A stretch of 64,000 nucleotides of DNA from Mobula birostris (lineage: Eukaryota): assembly GCF_030028105.1 (NCBI RefSeq), contig NC_092376.1, positions 126,168,230-126,232,229 of the forward strand, read 5' to 3'. Every line of letters starts with the position of its first letter. The first letter of the stretch is position 1. Below the pieces are notes generated by a model that was given only the letters and a program-made list of their open reading frames with translations, made no database searches and was not told where the DNA came from. Positions 11,962 through 24,329 of this stretch are shown piece by piece. A program made the translations under genes and the position numbers.

Positions 11962-14801
11962 GAAAAATGATGCATGGTATCCTGGGTTTTGAGAAAACAA
12001 AATCAATGCAAGATAATTCTCTTCAAGCACCAGCTCATTCAAGTTCTGTTTCTTCTGACTCCAGTGAAGCTGAAAACTACTTGTATGAAAATCCTGAGGA
12101 AATTAAAACTTCCAAAGTTCCACAAACCCAATGCAAGAGATGGGTGACAGATAGAAAACAAACACATAAAGAAAGTCATGTTAGATCAAACCTGTGCTCT
12201 GTTGATAAACCCTCATTAAGAAAGAATACAAGCAAAGTCACCGGGTTGAACAAACAACGACATAATAAAAGATGGAAAAAGTCTTCAAAAGTTGGAGGTA
12301 GAAAAAGTACAGATTTGAACATAGCACCTGAGCCAAAGTTTAAGGACCATGGGCAGGAGTTCAAAGAAGAACCACAGTGGTATACAGAGCCACTGTCAGA
12401 CAATGTAACCTGTAATAATCTGAAAAGTAAATTAGAAACTGCTTACAAGAGTAGTTTACCTTCATTTGATGCTGAGCTGTTAGAAAAGTTGCCAGCATCC
12501 ATTCGGGATCTGTGTATTGATGACAGTTGTCCTCAAGATCATCTCTGGACAGGTGCATTTGTTGATGGTCACTTTGTAGATTTACCAACATTACTTGATA
12601 AAACAGAGCTCAGTGAGATTTTAGATTGTTCTAAATCAAACTCTGATTCCTTAGTTAATCTTGAAAAGTCAGTGGATCTCTTCTGTGAAGAAGATGCTAA
12701 TCAATCCTTGGTGGATTCTTGTGGCTTTGATTTCAAAAAAGAAAATGAAATCCTTAACATTGGAAGGAAAAATGAAGATCAAGTGCAGTTTCAAGGAGAA
12801 CATAATGTAATATTAGATGGATTACCTTTGAATATCTGGGAGGATGGCTCAACAGTGGGTGGACTAGAAAGGAGTTCTCCATTGGCTATATCCAGTACAA
12901 ACCAGCTTGGTTCTGATCATGTAAAATTGTGGTTATCATCCACTACCAGTTCATCTTTAATTAATAAGACAGGAATTGAACCATTTTGCAAAGACACTAT
13001 TCTCTTGTCAGACAAGGACGATGGCTGGCCTGATCGCTCGGATGCCAGTGAAACACAACCATATTTTTCAGTTATAACAGATCAGAATGATGCTCTATTT
13101 TCTTGTGAAAGTAATCGGCAAAGTGAGAATCCTTCATCACTAGAATCTCAAACTTCAGTGTTAAATGCCACTAAAGATAAGGATTCAATTCAAAATGAAA
13201 CTACTTTTTCAAATATATTCAAAGAAGACTGTGGTTCTTGGTCAGTTTTGTGTAAATCTAATAATAAAATGTCCCCTTTCACTTTAAGAAATATTGATTC
13301 AGTAACATTTCCTATTGAATTAAATGTAAACATGACAACTGGCATCCCAACTGCTTGCTCAGAGGATGACCTACTTAGTTTGCTACCTGGCAGTGAGTAT
13401 CTACAGTTAGATGACAGCTTTTTAATTGAACTTCCAGTCATGACTTCAAAAGAAAAAATGGACATCACAAAATATAATAATCAAGCAGACAAGATTGAAA
13501 CAGGAAAATGGAATCCAATTTTTGGAATTTGTCATGAGAGCCTTTCTGAAAAGAAGGACAATTTAAATGCCAGAATAATTGAAGAGATATGGAAAGCTAC
13601 ACCAGAGGAAGATAAAGCAGCACCTTCCCAGGATGGGATAAATACTGACAAATGCCGCATTTGTTCCTTAGGAAAAGACACACCTATGAAACATGTGAAT
13701 ATTACAAAACTTAAATGCCCTCTCCAAACATCGGAAAGTAATTTTTGGGAGGATGAACTAGGAAACACCCAAATTTTGGATTCTACAAAAGTTGACATCA
13801 CGATGCACTGTTGTGAGTGGAAAACTGGTTCTGATCATACTGATACTTCAGTTACAGGGAACATTCAACATTCAATGAGTAACACAAAACGAAGTGGATT
13901 TCCATCTTCTGAGAATACCTTTCTGAAACCTACAGTAACTCCTAGTACATTGCAGCCCAGTAGCTTTACTGCAGATTTAAAGTCCATGATAAACTGTGAT
14001 TTTCAACAAAATGGTAATGAAGAATCTATAGAACAAAACATAATTAATGACATTTCTATAGTCTTACCTGAAGACCTGTGGGGAAATTTAAATGATTATC
14101 TAAATGACTTCACAGAGCCAAGTGAAAATTCCTTCCTCCCCTTTGAGCTCAATTGTTCTGTTCCACAAATGCTTAGTCTGACCAGTACATTAGAAATTGA
14201 CAATGGCAAGATGAATCAACAACCCAGCACTATATCCCAAGTCAGTTCAGATTTAATAATAACCAACAATGAAAAATTACAGAGTCCAGTACATCAAGAC
14301 CATATCAGCATAGCTACACAGACCCTTTATCCCACCTCAGAACAATTATTTACAAAAGAAGTGGTTCTTACACGATTGCAGGACAATCCTGTTCAAAACT
14401 CAGAATGTAATGTTTCCCAACATCAATGTGGTTCTGAAGTAATATCTCATTCTATTTCTGTGTTAAATAAACAGAAATCTAAACGTAGCAGAATTTCTAA
14501 ACAAGACACACAGAGTCATCAAATGGAGTGTGAAGTGAAATTCAATAAAGAGACTGATCAGGATAAAAGCAGTTTAATATCAGTGGATGCTGATGGAGAT
14601 GAACTGAAAATTTTCCAGGGAAGGTTACAGGAAAGGCATCCAGAACATGGGGATTCTAAGGTGCCTCAGCAAATAGCAAATCTTAATGTTTGTGCTTCCA
14701 ACTCAACAATGAAAGTAGAAGATGATCTACAGCATTTAGAAAATAAAGATGACCATGAAGTGTGTCAGGAAAGTTGTTCTTTTTTGTGCAGTAATTTAGA
14801 G
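11962..14801 (+). CDS. KIAA0232-like: KIAA0232-like protein, large internal coding exon (first in-frame ATG at 11967)
   Basis: Open for ~946 codons; acceptor tatttttcaag and donor GAG|gtatgt. EFKEEPQWYTEPL, KSKLETAY, GAFVDGHFVDLP, NQSLVD, VILDGLPL and IIEEIW match the order of human KIAA0232 motifs as I recall them (EYKEEPLWYTEPI, KSKLETTY, GTFIDGHFVEMP, DQSMLD, IVLDGMEL, VIKDIW). Confidence 0.88.
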
Positions 14802-15077
14802 GTATGTAAATTTATTTTTTTAATTATTCATTATCTATTTAATGCTTACAATATTATTTTGATTTAAGTTGTCTGAATCTAAATTCAATTCTTGTTATTA
14901 ATCAAAATTATCAACAGTATACTGGTTCTGTAATGTTTGAATAAGTGCAGAAAACCTGAAAGACTTTAATAAAATGTTTCATTTGTTTAAGTTAAATGCA
15001 TGCATTTATTAAGAAGTTGACACTAAGATAGCTTGTAAATGTAGGCTGACAGTTCCTAAGGTTTAGAGGCAGCTCAA

Positions 15078-15509
15078 AATGTTCCATCTGGGTTGCCTCC
15101 AACCTGATGGCATGAACATCAATTCCTCAAACTTCCGGTAATTACCCTCACCCCCCTCACCATTCCTGTGTCTCCCCACCCACCCCCCCCAACATTATCT
15201 CTTTACCTACACATTATCTCCCTTGGTTTTCCTCCCCCTTCCTTTTCTTCCATGGTCTTTTGTCCTCTCCTGTTAGGTTCCCCCTTCTCCAGTCCTTTAC
15301 CTCTTACCAATCAACTTCCCAGCTCCTTACTTCATCACTCTCTCTCACCCAGTTTCACCTAACACCTACCGCCTTGTACTACTTCCGCCCCTTAACCGAC
15401 TTTCTTAATCTGACTTCTTTCTTTCCATTCCTGATGAAAGATCTCGGCCCAAAATATCGACTGTTCGCTCTTTTCCATAGATGCTGCCAGACCTGCTGAG
15501 TTCCTCCAG

Positions 15510-15560
<51 letters not shown>

Positions 15561-15563
15561 GCT
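15078..15563 (+). mobile_element. Penelope-like 3' fragment/pLTR with degenerate hammerhead
   Basis: gcctccaacctgatggcatgaacat (end of the GIY-YIG ORF), pyrimidine tract, cctgatgaaagatctcggcccaaaatatcgac, and ccatagatgctgcc...gagttcctccagcattttgtg end. Confidence 0.8.
15515..15558. repeat. (TG)22 microsatellite
   Basis: Perfect TG run, apparently expanded from the ttttgtgtgtg end of the Penelope-like terminus. Confidence 0.95.
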
Positions 15564-15960
15564 TCCTTTTTCAGAATTTGATTACAACCTGACTAATTAG
15601 AACTACAATCAGTAGTTACAGAGTTGAAGCAGCAGCGTATTAGCAGCTTCCATCTGCTGCTCTACCATACAATCACGTATTCAATTTCCAAATACCACTA
15701 TCCAGCATCATTTACCACTTGCATTTGTTGAAGCATCTGCCATTGGTGTTTATAGAACTGTTAGCAGAGTTCAAGGATCTTAATTTTTCTTGACTCTCAA
15801 TTACATTGACAGGCAGTATAGTTCTGAATTATGTAGGCAAGATGTAGTTTAGATGCATTCAGTTGAATAAAGTCTTAACTGTGCTGTAAATATGTATGCT
15901 TATAAATGTATTGTGTATTAGATTTTCCAAATTAAGTTGTACAAAAAAATGTTCATCTAG

Positions 15961-16051
15961 GTTTCTCTACCTGAATCAGAAAGACACAATGAATATCTCG
16001 GAGAAAACTGTTGCCCACTTCATGAAGACCACCTTTCCGCAAAAAATGCCG
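15961..16051 (+). CDS. KIAA0232-like: KIAA0232-like coding exon (VSLPESERHNEYLGENCCPLHEDHLSAKNA)
   Basis: ctag acceptor, G|gttagt donor, 91 nt, phase 0 to phase 1. Open frame continuous with both neighbouring exons. Confidence 0.7.
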
Positions 16052-16239
16052 GTTAGTAGTAACTTGGCAGGTTTGTCAGTCTATTCATTTTTTAATATAA
16101 CATTTGGTGAGTAAATGTCTAGATTTTCAATAGATAGTGTTTAATGCAAAATTATACAAATTATGGAACCACAATGGAAAATAACTGGCACCATTTTAAA
16201 AAGCCTGCAAGAACCAAAGATTTTGTAGTATATGACTTT

Positions 16240-16720
16240 AACATAGAAAATTACAGCATAGTACAGGCTGGTCCACAATGTTATGCTGACCTTTTAACCT
16301 ACTCTAAGATCAATCTAACCCTTCCCTGTCACATAGCCTTCCAATTTTCTATCATCCGTGTGCCTAAGAGGATCTTAAATGTCCCTAATGTATCTGATTC
16401 TATCACCACCACTGGCAGTGTGTTCAACCCACCCACAGCTCTGTGTTTTTTTAAAAAAAAAAAAAAAAAATTATTTGCCTCTGACATGCCCCCTATAATT
16501 TCCTTAAAATCATACCCCTTGCACATTAGCTACTTCCACCTGGGAAAAATGTATCTGGCTGTCCACTCGATCTGTGCCTCTTAGCATCTTGTACACCTCT
16601 ATGAAGTCACCTTTCATCCTCCTTTGGTCCAAAGAGCAAAGCCCTAGCTCACTTATGTGACATGCTCACCATTTGAGGCAGCATCCTGGTAAATTGCTTC
16701 TACACCCTCTCTAAAGCTTC
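16240..16720 (-). mobile_element. CR1 3' fragment
   Basis: acatagaaaattacagc tail on +; minus strand reads VVIESDTLGTFKILL. Confidence 0.7.
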
Positions 16721-17426
16721 TTTGTGAAAGGTTAAGTTGCAAAACTTTATTTCTAAAGGTCATATATCACGAAGGGCCCCATCTACAAAGCAGTTACTAA
16801 ACCTTTACAAAACATGCTGTGACTGAAATATTACCTATATTTGTGATTTAAGGCCTTAGTTAAAAGATGCTACTGATTTAGTAGAACAGTATCAAGGTTA
16901 AATGATTTTAGTTACATGGAGAGTGTGGTAGTAATATTCTTAGAGAAAAGTTCTTGGAGCAGAGGTTGATTTGGTGGATATGTTTGAGATGTGATGTGAT
17001 GAAAACTTCCTCTGGCAGGATATTAACAGTGGATAGGGGTAGTAAGGTTTAAAAAAAAGTATTTGATTACCTACAGAGATAAAGATCTGAAATTTTTTTT
17101 TATTTGTTCACTAACACAGCCAAGACTGACCAATGGCTGCTTCCTATACTGTATGATTCTGTGAGAATAAGCTGTTTCTTGCAGAGTATCAACATTGTTT
17201 TTATTTTAGTTCTCACAAACCAATTATAGTTGCTCATTGTCAGTTAAACCCATCAAGAACATAGAACAGTATAGTACAAGCACTTCAGCCCATGATGTTA
17301 TGCTATCCTTTTAACTTACTCTAGGGTCAATCTGTGCCAAAGATATCACCAATCTAACGCTTTCCTCCACATAGCCCTCCATTTCATCCATGTGCCTACT
17401 TAAGGAGCTCTTAAATCTCCCTAATA

Positions 17427-19030
17427 TAGTTGGGTGCAACAGTTTGGGCACCCCTGGTCAAAATTTCTGTTACTGTGAATAGTTAAGCGAGTAAAAGATG
17501 ACCTGATTTCCAAAAGGCATAAAGTTAAAGATGGCACATTTCTTTAATATTTTAAGCAAGATTACTTTTTTATTTCCATCTTTTACAGTTTCAAAATAAC
17601 AAAAAGTGAAAATGGCCCGAAGCAAAGGTTTGGGCACCCTGCATGGTCAGTACTTAGTAACACCCCTTTTGGCAAGTATCACAGCTTGTAAACACTTTCT
17701 GTAGCTAGCTAAGATTCTTTCAATTCTTGTTTGGGGGATTTTCGCCCATTCTTCCTTGCAAAAGGCTTCCAGTTCTGTGAGATTCTTGGGCCGTCTTGCA
17801 TGCACTGCTCTTTTGAGGTCTATCCATAGATTTTCGATGACGTTTAGGTCAGGGGACTGTGAGGGCCATGGCAAAACCTTCTGTATGCGCCTCTTGAGGT
17901 AGTCCATTGTGGATTTTGAGGTGTGTTTAGGAACATTATCCTGTTGTAGAAGCCATCCTCTTTTCATCTTCAGCTTTTTTACAGACAGTGTGATGTTTGC
18001 TTCCAGAATTTGCTGGCATTTAATTAAATTCATTCTTCCCTCTACCAGTGAAATGTTCCCCGTGCCACTGGCTGCAACACAAGCCCAAAGCATGATCGAT
18101 CCACCCCTCTGCTTAACAGTTGGAGAGGTGTTCTTTTCATGAAATTCTGCACCCTTTTTTCTCCAAACATACCTTTGCTCATTTCGGCCAAAAAGTTCTA
18201 TTTTAACTTCATCAGCCCACAGAACTTGTTTCCAAAATGCATCAGCCTTGTTTAGATGTTCCTTTGCAAACTTCTGACACTGAATTTTGTGGTGAGGACG
18301 CAGGAAAGGTTTTCTTCTGATGACTCTTCCATGAAGGTCATGTTTGTGCAGGTGTCGCTGCACAGTAGAACAGTGTACCACCACTCCAGAGTCTGCTAAA
18401 TCTCCCTGAAGGTCTTTTGCAGTCAAATGGGGGTTTTGATTTGCCTTTTTAGCAATCCTACGAGCAGTTCTCTTGGAACATTTTCGTAGTCTTCCAGATC
18501 TTAACTTGACCTCCACCATCCCTGTTAACTGCCACTAATTACATTACGAACTGAGGAAACGGCACCTGAAAACACTTTGCTATCTTCTTATAGCCTTCTC
18601 CTGCTTTGTGGGCATCATTTATTTTAATTTTCAGAGTGCTAGGCAGCTGTTTAGAGGAGCCCATGGCTGCTGATTGTTGGGACAAGGTTTGAGGAGTCAG
18701 GGTATTTATAAAACTTTGAAATTTGCATCACCTGGCCTTTCTTAACGATGACTGTGAACAAGCCATAGCCCTAATAAGCTAATTAAGGTCTGAGACCTTG
18801 GTAAAAGTTATCTGAGTGCTCAAATCTCTTGGGGTACCCAAATATTTGCATGGTGCTCCTTTTTTCACTCTAAAATTGTACAAAACAAAAATAATACTCT
18901 ATTCTTAAAATGTTGAAAAGAAATGTTTCATCTTTAACTTTGACTTTTGGAGATCAGTTCATCTTCTACTCACACCATTCACAGTAACAGAAATTTTGAC
19001 CAGGGGTGCCCAAACTTTTGCATGCCACTG
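17427..19030 (-). mobile_element. Tc1 DNA transposon, IR/DR type, 1604 bp
   Basis: ~200-bp inverted repeats (17427-17640 and 18831-19030) with inner and outer gtttgggcaccc direct repeats. TA on both sides. Inserted into a CR1 3' fragment (ccctaata | tatctgtccc). Confidence 0.95.
17647..18664 (-). pseudogene. Tc1 transposase, DD34E, with N-terminal frameshift
   Basis: ATG at 18664 (MGSSKQLPSTLKIK...GEGYKKIAK); indels near 18530-18565. WADE...QQDN...SPDLNVIE with 34 residues between the second D and the E. Confidence 0.93.
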
Positions 19031-19279
19031 TATATCTGTCCCAACCATCACCCCCAGCAATGTGTTACATGTACTTACCAGTCTGTGTAAAATAAAAACT
19101 ATCTCTGACATCCCGCACCCCCCACCTTATAATTTCTTTCAGTCACCTTAAAATTATGTTCTCTTGTATTAGCCCTATTGTTCAGAATCAAGTTTATTAT
19201 CATGGACCCATGTCATGTAATTTGTTTTGTGGCAACAGTACAGTGCTTAAAAAAATTACAAATTACAATAAGAAATATG

Positions 19280-19829
19280 CACACAGTGGTCATTTTATTA
19301 GGTACCTTATGTACCTAATAAAATGGCCGCTGAGTAAATGTTAATGTTCTTCTGTTGCTGTTGCCCATCCACTTCATGGTTCGATGTTTTTTGAGCACTC
19401 AGCGATGCTCTTCTGCACACCATTGTTGTAACACATGATTATTTGAAATTCTTTCGGCTTCTTGTCAGCTTGAACAGTCTGGCCATTCTCCTCTGACAAC
19501 TGTCATTAATAAGGTGTTGTCACCCACAGAACAACTGCTCTCTGGATTTTTTTTTTGTTTTTCATACCATTCTCTGTAAACTCAAGATTTGTCCATGAAA
19601 ATCCCAGGAGATCTGCAGTTTCTGAGATACTCAAGCCTGGCACCAACAATTATTCCACAGTCAAAGTGACTTAGATCACACCTTTTTCCTGTTCTGATGT
19701 TTTCTGTGAACAATAACTGACTCTTGACCATGTATGCATGATTTTGTGCATTGACATGCTGCCACATGATTGTCTGACTAGGCATTTGTATTAATGAACA
19801 GGTGTACCTAATAAAGTAGCCACTGAGTG
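19280..19829 (-). mobile_element. Non-autonomous Tc1-derived element, copy 1
   Basis: TIRs cacacagtggtcattttattaggtac and gtacctaataaagtagccactgagtg. Internal minus-strand relic GKRCDLSHFDCGIIVGAR (Tc1 N-terminus). Confidence 0.85.
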
Positions 19830-20270
19830 CAAGTTTTAAAAATTAAACTAGTGCAGAAGAGAGCAAAAATAGTGAGGTAGTGTTCATGAGTTGGTTCGTT
19901 GTCCATTCAGAAATTTGATGGCAGAGGGGAAGAAACTGTTCTAAACCATTTAGTGTGTGTCTTCAGGTTCATCCTCTCTGAAGGTAGTAATAAAAGAGCA
20001 TGTCCTGTGTGATGGAGGTGCTTCATGATGGATACCATCTTTTGAAGATATTTTCTATGCTGGAGAGGCTAGTGCCCATGAAGTAACTGGTTGAGTTTAA
20101 AACCCTCTGCAGCTTTTTCCAATCTTGTGCAGTGGCCACCTCATACCAGATGGTGATGCAACCAGTTAGAATGTTCTCTACGGTAAATCTAAAAATTTGT
20201 TAAAAGTCTTTGGTGACATTCAAATCTCCTTAAACTTCTGATGAAGTACAGTCGCTGCTCCACCTTTTTG
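19830..20270 (-). mobile_element. Rex-like LINE 3' fragment, continuing at ~19180-19279
   Basis: cagatggtgatgcaaccagttagaatgttctctacggt matches the reverse of the FYR..VESIL region; atcaagtttattatca tail at ~19190. Confidence 0.6.
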
Positions 20271-21129
20271 TATAAATATGATAGAAGAACTTGTTAACTT
20301 GACTCTGGGTAAATGGGATTAGCTTAGTTGGGAATCTTATTCTCGAGACCATTTGGGCAGAAGGATGTGTTTCTGTGCAGTATGACTACATAGTTCACAA
20401 AAATCCATTCATAGGAACATTTTAAATAAGAAACTGAAGCCTCAGAAATCTACCATACTATCAGGATTCAGATTATCCACTGACATAACATGGTACCATT
20501 CAGTGTTACTGGCTCATGGGCAGCTAACAACACAACAGCTCTGGCATCCTACTGTGCCTCTTTGCCCTTTGAAAGTGTTAGCCAAAGGTTCCCACACCCA
20601 CATTTCTCCTCCATAAGTCTACAAATTCCTCCCTGTCCAGTCATATTTTGAAAGTTCTTGTTGGGGTCAGATTCCATCACCTTTTAGTCCATTCCAGAAC
20701 TTAACAATCCTCTGTTTAAATTTAAAACTGCCTGTGCTTTTGCCAATTATTATAAATCTGTGATTCTGGTTACTGATCACTTGTACAGGAAAAATATATA
20801 CATAACTGTACTGATTCTAAGAAAACCTCTCATAATTCTGAAAGCCTCCATCTGATCTTTGTTTTAGGAGTCTCTGCTCTGAGAGTAGCATCAGAGTCTC
20901 TCATTCCTCCACATAAGGATGAGAAACTTCAATTAATATTCTGATAAACTCCTATATCCTTGCCTAGACCATGACGACCTTTCTGAGGCATAACTGATTT
21001 CTTTAGCAAATGACTAATCAGTTATTGTTAAAACTTATCACAAATTTGTTTTTGTATTTAGTACCCAAAGTATCCCAAATTCTTAGCTTCCTTACTAAAT
21101 TGTTCTGCCATTGTTAAAACTGTAAACAT

Positions 21130-22360
21130 GATTGCTTGTGTGTAACCAATCTTAATTGAGTTTTGCAAGGAGGATACCAGTAAAATTGATGAAGGAAGGT
21201 CAATGGATGTAGTCTACATGGATTTTAGCAAGACCTTTGAGAACGTCCCACGTGGGATGTTGGTCAAGAAGGTTCATTAAATTGAAATTCAAGATGACAT
21301 AGTAAATTGGATTCAACATTGGATTTGTGGGAGAAGCCAGAGAGTGGTGGTAGATGGTTGCACCTCTGACTTCAAGCCTGTCTGTAGTGGTGTACCGCAG
21401 GGATCGGCACTGGGTCCACTGTTGTCACTTAGTGTATCAACGTTCTGGATGATAAAATGGTAAATTAGATCAGCAAATTTGCAGATGATGTCAAGATTGG
21501 AGGCATAGTGGACAATGAAGAAGTCTATCAAAGCTTGCAGTGGGATCTGGGCCAGCTGGAAAAATAGGCAGAGAAAAGGAAGATGAAATTCAATGCAAAC
21601 AAGTATGAGGTGTTGCACTTTGGGGGAAACAAAAACAGGTACGTCTTACATAGTGAATGGTAGGACACTGAGGAGTGCAGTAGAACAGGGATCTGGAAAT
21701 ACAGATCTATAAGTCCTTGAAAGTGGTGTCACAGGTAGATAGGATCGTAAAGAGAGCTTTTTGTACATTGGCCCTCATAAATAAAAGTACTGAATACAGG
21801 AGTTGGGATATTATGTTGAAGTTGTATAAGACATTGGTGAAGCTACTTCGGAGTTTTTGATGCAGTTCTAGTCCCTTACCTACAGAAGAGATATCAATAA
21901 GATTGAAAGAGTACAGAGAAATTTTAAAAGGTTGTTGCCAGGACTTGAGTTATAGAAAGGTTGCAAAGGTTATGACTTTATTTCACTGGAGCATAGAAGA
22001 ATAAGGGGAGATTTGAGAGGTACATAAAATAATAAGGGGTATAGATCAGTTAAATCCAAGCAGGCTTTTCCACTGAAGTTGGGTGAGAGAAGAACTAGAG
22101 GTCATCAGTTAAGGGTGAAAGGTTAAATGTTTACGGGAAACATGAGGGGGGACTTCTTCACTCAGAGTGGTGACAGTGAAATGAGCTACCAGCGGAGCTG
22201 GCGGATGCAGGTTTGATTTCAACATTTAAGAGAAGTTTGGATAAGAACATGGTTGGGAGGGCTATGGTCCAGATGCAGGTCAATGGGACATGGCAGAACA
22301 TTAATTTGGCACAGACTAGATGGGCCGAATCTGTTTCTGTGCTGTAATTTTCTATGACTC
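21130..22360 (+). mobile_element. Degenerate CR1 RT fragment with 3' end
   Basis: DVVYMDFSKTF, GVPQGS, FADD, and tail gctgtaattttctatgactct. Confidence 0.85.
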
Positions 22361-22974
22361 TGCTTCCTTTATATCAGTTTCCTTTACCACACTCAACAAA
22401 TTAGCTTTCTTTATCTCCCCCAAGTAGCTCATATTTATGTGCATTAATTCCAGATGCCTGCTCAGTTCGCCATTTTATGCCATCCTGAAGTCTGCCCTAT
22501 CCTGTTCACTGTTTACTACATTGCTAATACTGCTTCATTCACAAGCAAACAGTAATATAATTTATCTGAAGTACATAAACAATAAGAACAGTGGTCGTAA
22601 TGGAAATCTGTAGGGACCTGCTGCATAATAGTCATGTTTCAATTTCCAAATATATTCTGATGTACATTTCTTGTATCCCTGTTGAAAGTCCAAAAAGTAA
22701 TGTGTGTTTAAGGGACGCGAAAACTGTATAGGTTTTCATTAGCATCAAGAAACACTCAAGCTCTTGGAATTTACTGGTGCTGAAAAAATAATATCCCAGC
22801 ATCAGAATTTCAACTCAGTATTAATGCCAAATTCAATGCAAATCATATACAGGTTGCCCCTAACTTTTCCAAGGAAACAAACTTCTCTAGTAATGGGACT
22901 ACCCTTCTTGAGCCACTCAGCTCAGGTTTCAGTTGGATGGAGTGGCAGTAGTGAAAGATAATAGATGTTTCAAG

Positions 22975-24170
22975 TTCTCTAGCACAGAAACATCCTCTTC
23001 ACCCTAACTTGTCCGTGTTGACCAAGTGGCCCATCTATGCTAGTCACACCTTGCCTACATTTGGTCCGTTTAAACCTTTCCTGTCAAAATGACTTTGAAG
23101 CATTATAATTGTATCTGTCTCTACCATCTCCTGTGGCAACTTGGTCCATAAAAACACTACTTTCTGAAAAATTTGCCCCTCAGATTTCCTTTAAATACTT
23201 CCCTTCTCATCTTAAATCTATGCCTCTTAGTTTTTAGGCTCCCCCGTCCTGAAAAAAAGACTTGCTTTCTGCCCATTTTAATTTTGTAAACTTCTATAAG
23301 GTCATCCCCTAGTCTGCTTCATTCCAGGGAAACTGTCCCAGCCTATCCTGTTTTCTTATAACTCAGGCTCGCCGAGACCATATTCTTGTGAATCTTATTA
23401 GCACCCTCTCTAGCTTAATCACATCTTTTCTGTAGTGTGGTGACCAAAATTACACACACTGCTCAGAGTAAAGTGTAGCCTAACCACCCATTTGTACATG
23501 ATACTCTGATTCCTATACTCCGTGCCTCAGCTGCTGAATGCAAACATACCATACACCTTCAGCATCTGCAGATGCTCGAAATCAAAGTAATACACAGAAA
23601 ATGTTGGAGGAACTCTATTCCTGATGAAGGGTCTTGGCCCAAAATATCAACTGTTTACTGTCTTCCTTAGATGCTGTCCGGCCTGCTGAGTTCCTCCAGC
23701 ATTTCGTGTGTAATACTCTACATCTTTTTTGCCACTCTGTCCACTTGTCAGGAAACTATTGACTAGTATGTACCCCAATTTATCATTGTTCAAAAACATT
23801 CCCCAGAGCACTGCCATTCACTGCATATATTGTTCTAGTTTATCTTCCAAAAATATATTCCTTATCCAAGTTAAATTCCATCTGCCATTCCTTTGCTCAC
23901 CTCTCTAGTTTATCTAGATCTTGTAACCTAGACAGATTTCTTCACTGTCCTCCATATGCTAATTTTGTAAATGTTAAACCATTGCCACCTGTATTCTCTT
24001 CCAAATTATTAATGTATACAACAAACAATAACCGTCTCAGCACTGACCACTGTGCTACACTATTGGTTATAGGTTTCTTATCTGAAAAGCTACCCTCCAT
24101 AGCCAGCCTCTGACTCCTACCATGAATCCATTTACTGTCTTGCCCTGGATCCCATTTATTTGTAAAATTC
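22975..24170 (-). mobile_element. Degenerate CR1 fragment containing an inverted Penelope-like terminus (23560-23716)
   Basis: CR1 RT relics on the minus strand. The internal hairpin atgttggaggaactc...gagttcctccagcat surrounds cctgatgaagggtcttggcccaaaata. Confidence 0.7.
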
Positions 24171-24329
24171 TGACATTGAGTGCAAGGTTGTTGCTGCGAC
24201 ACCACTCAACTAGTAAGTATATCTCACTCCTGTACGCTCTTTCATCTCCATCTGAGATTCTGCCAACAATGGTTTTATCATCAAAAAATTCATAGGTGGC
24301 ATTTGAGTTATGCCTCGTCACACAGTCAT

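Noticed and set aside
11934-14867. The 977-aa ORF as a single-exon gene
   Set aside because: The first 9 and last ~21 residues are intronic read-through beyond clear splice sites at 11961 and 14802.
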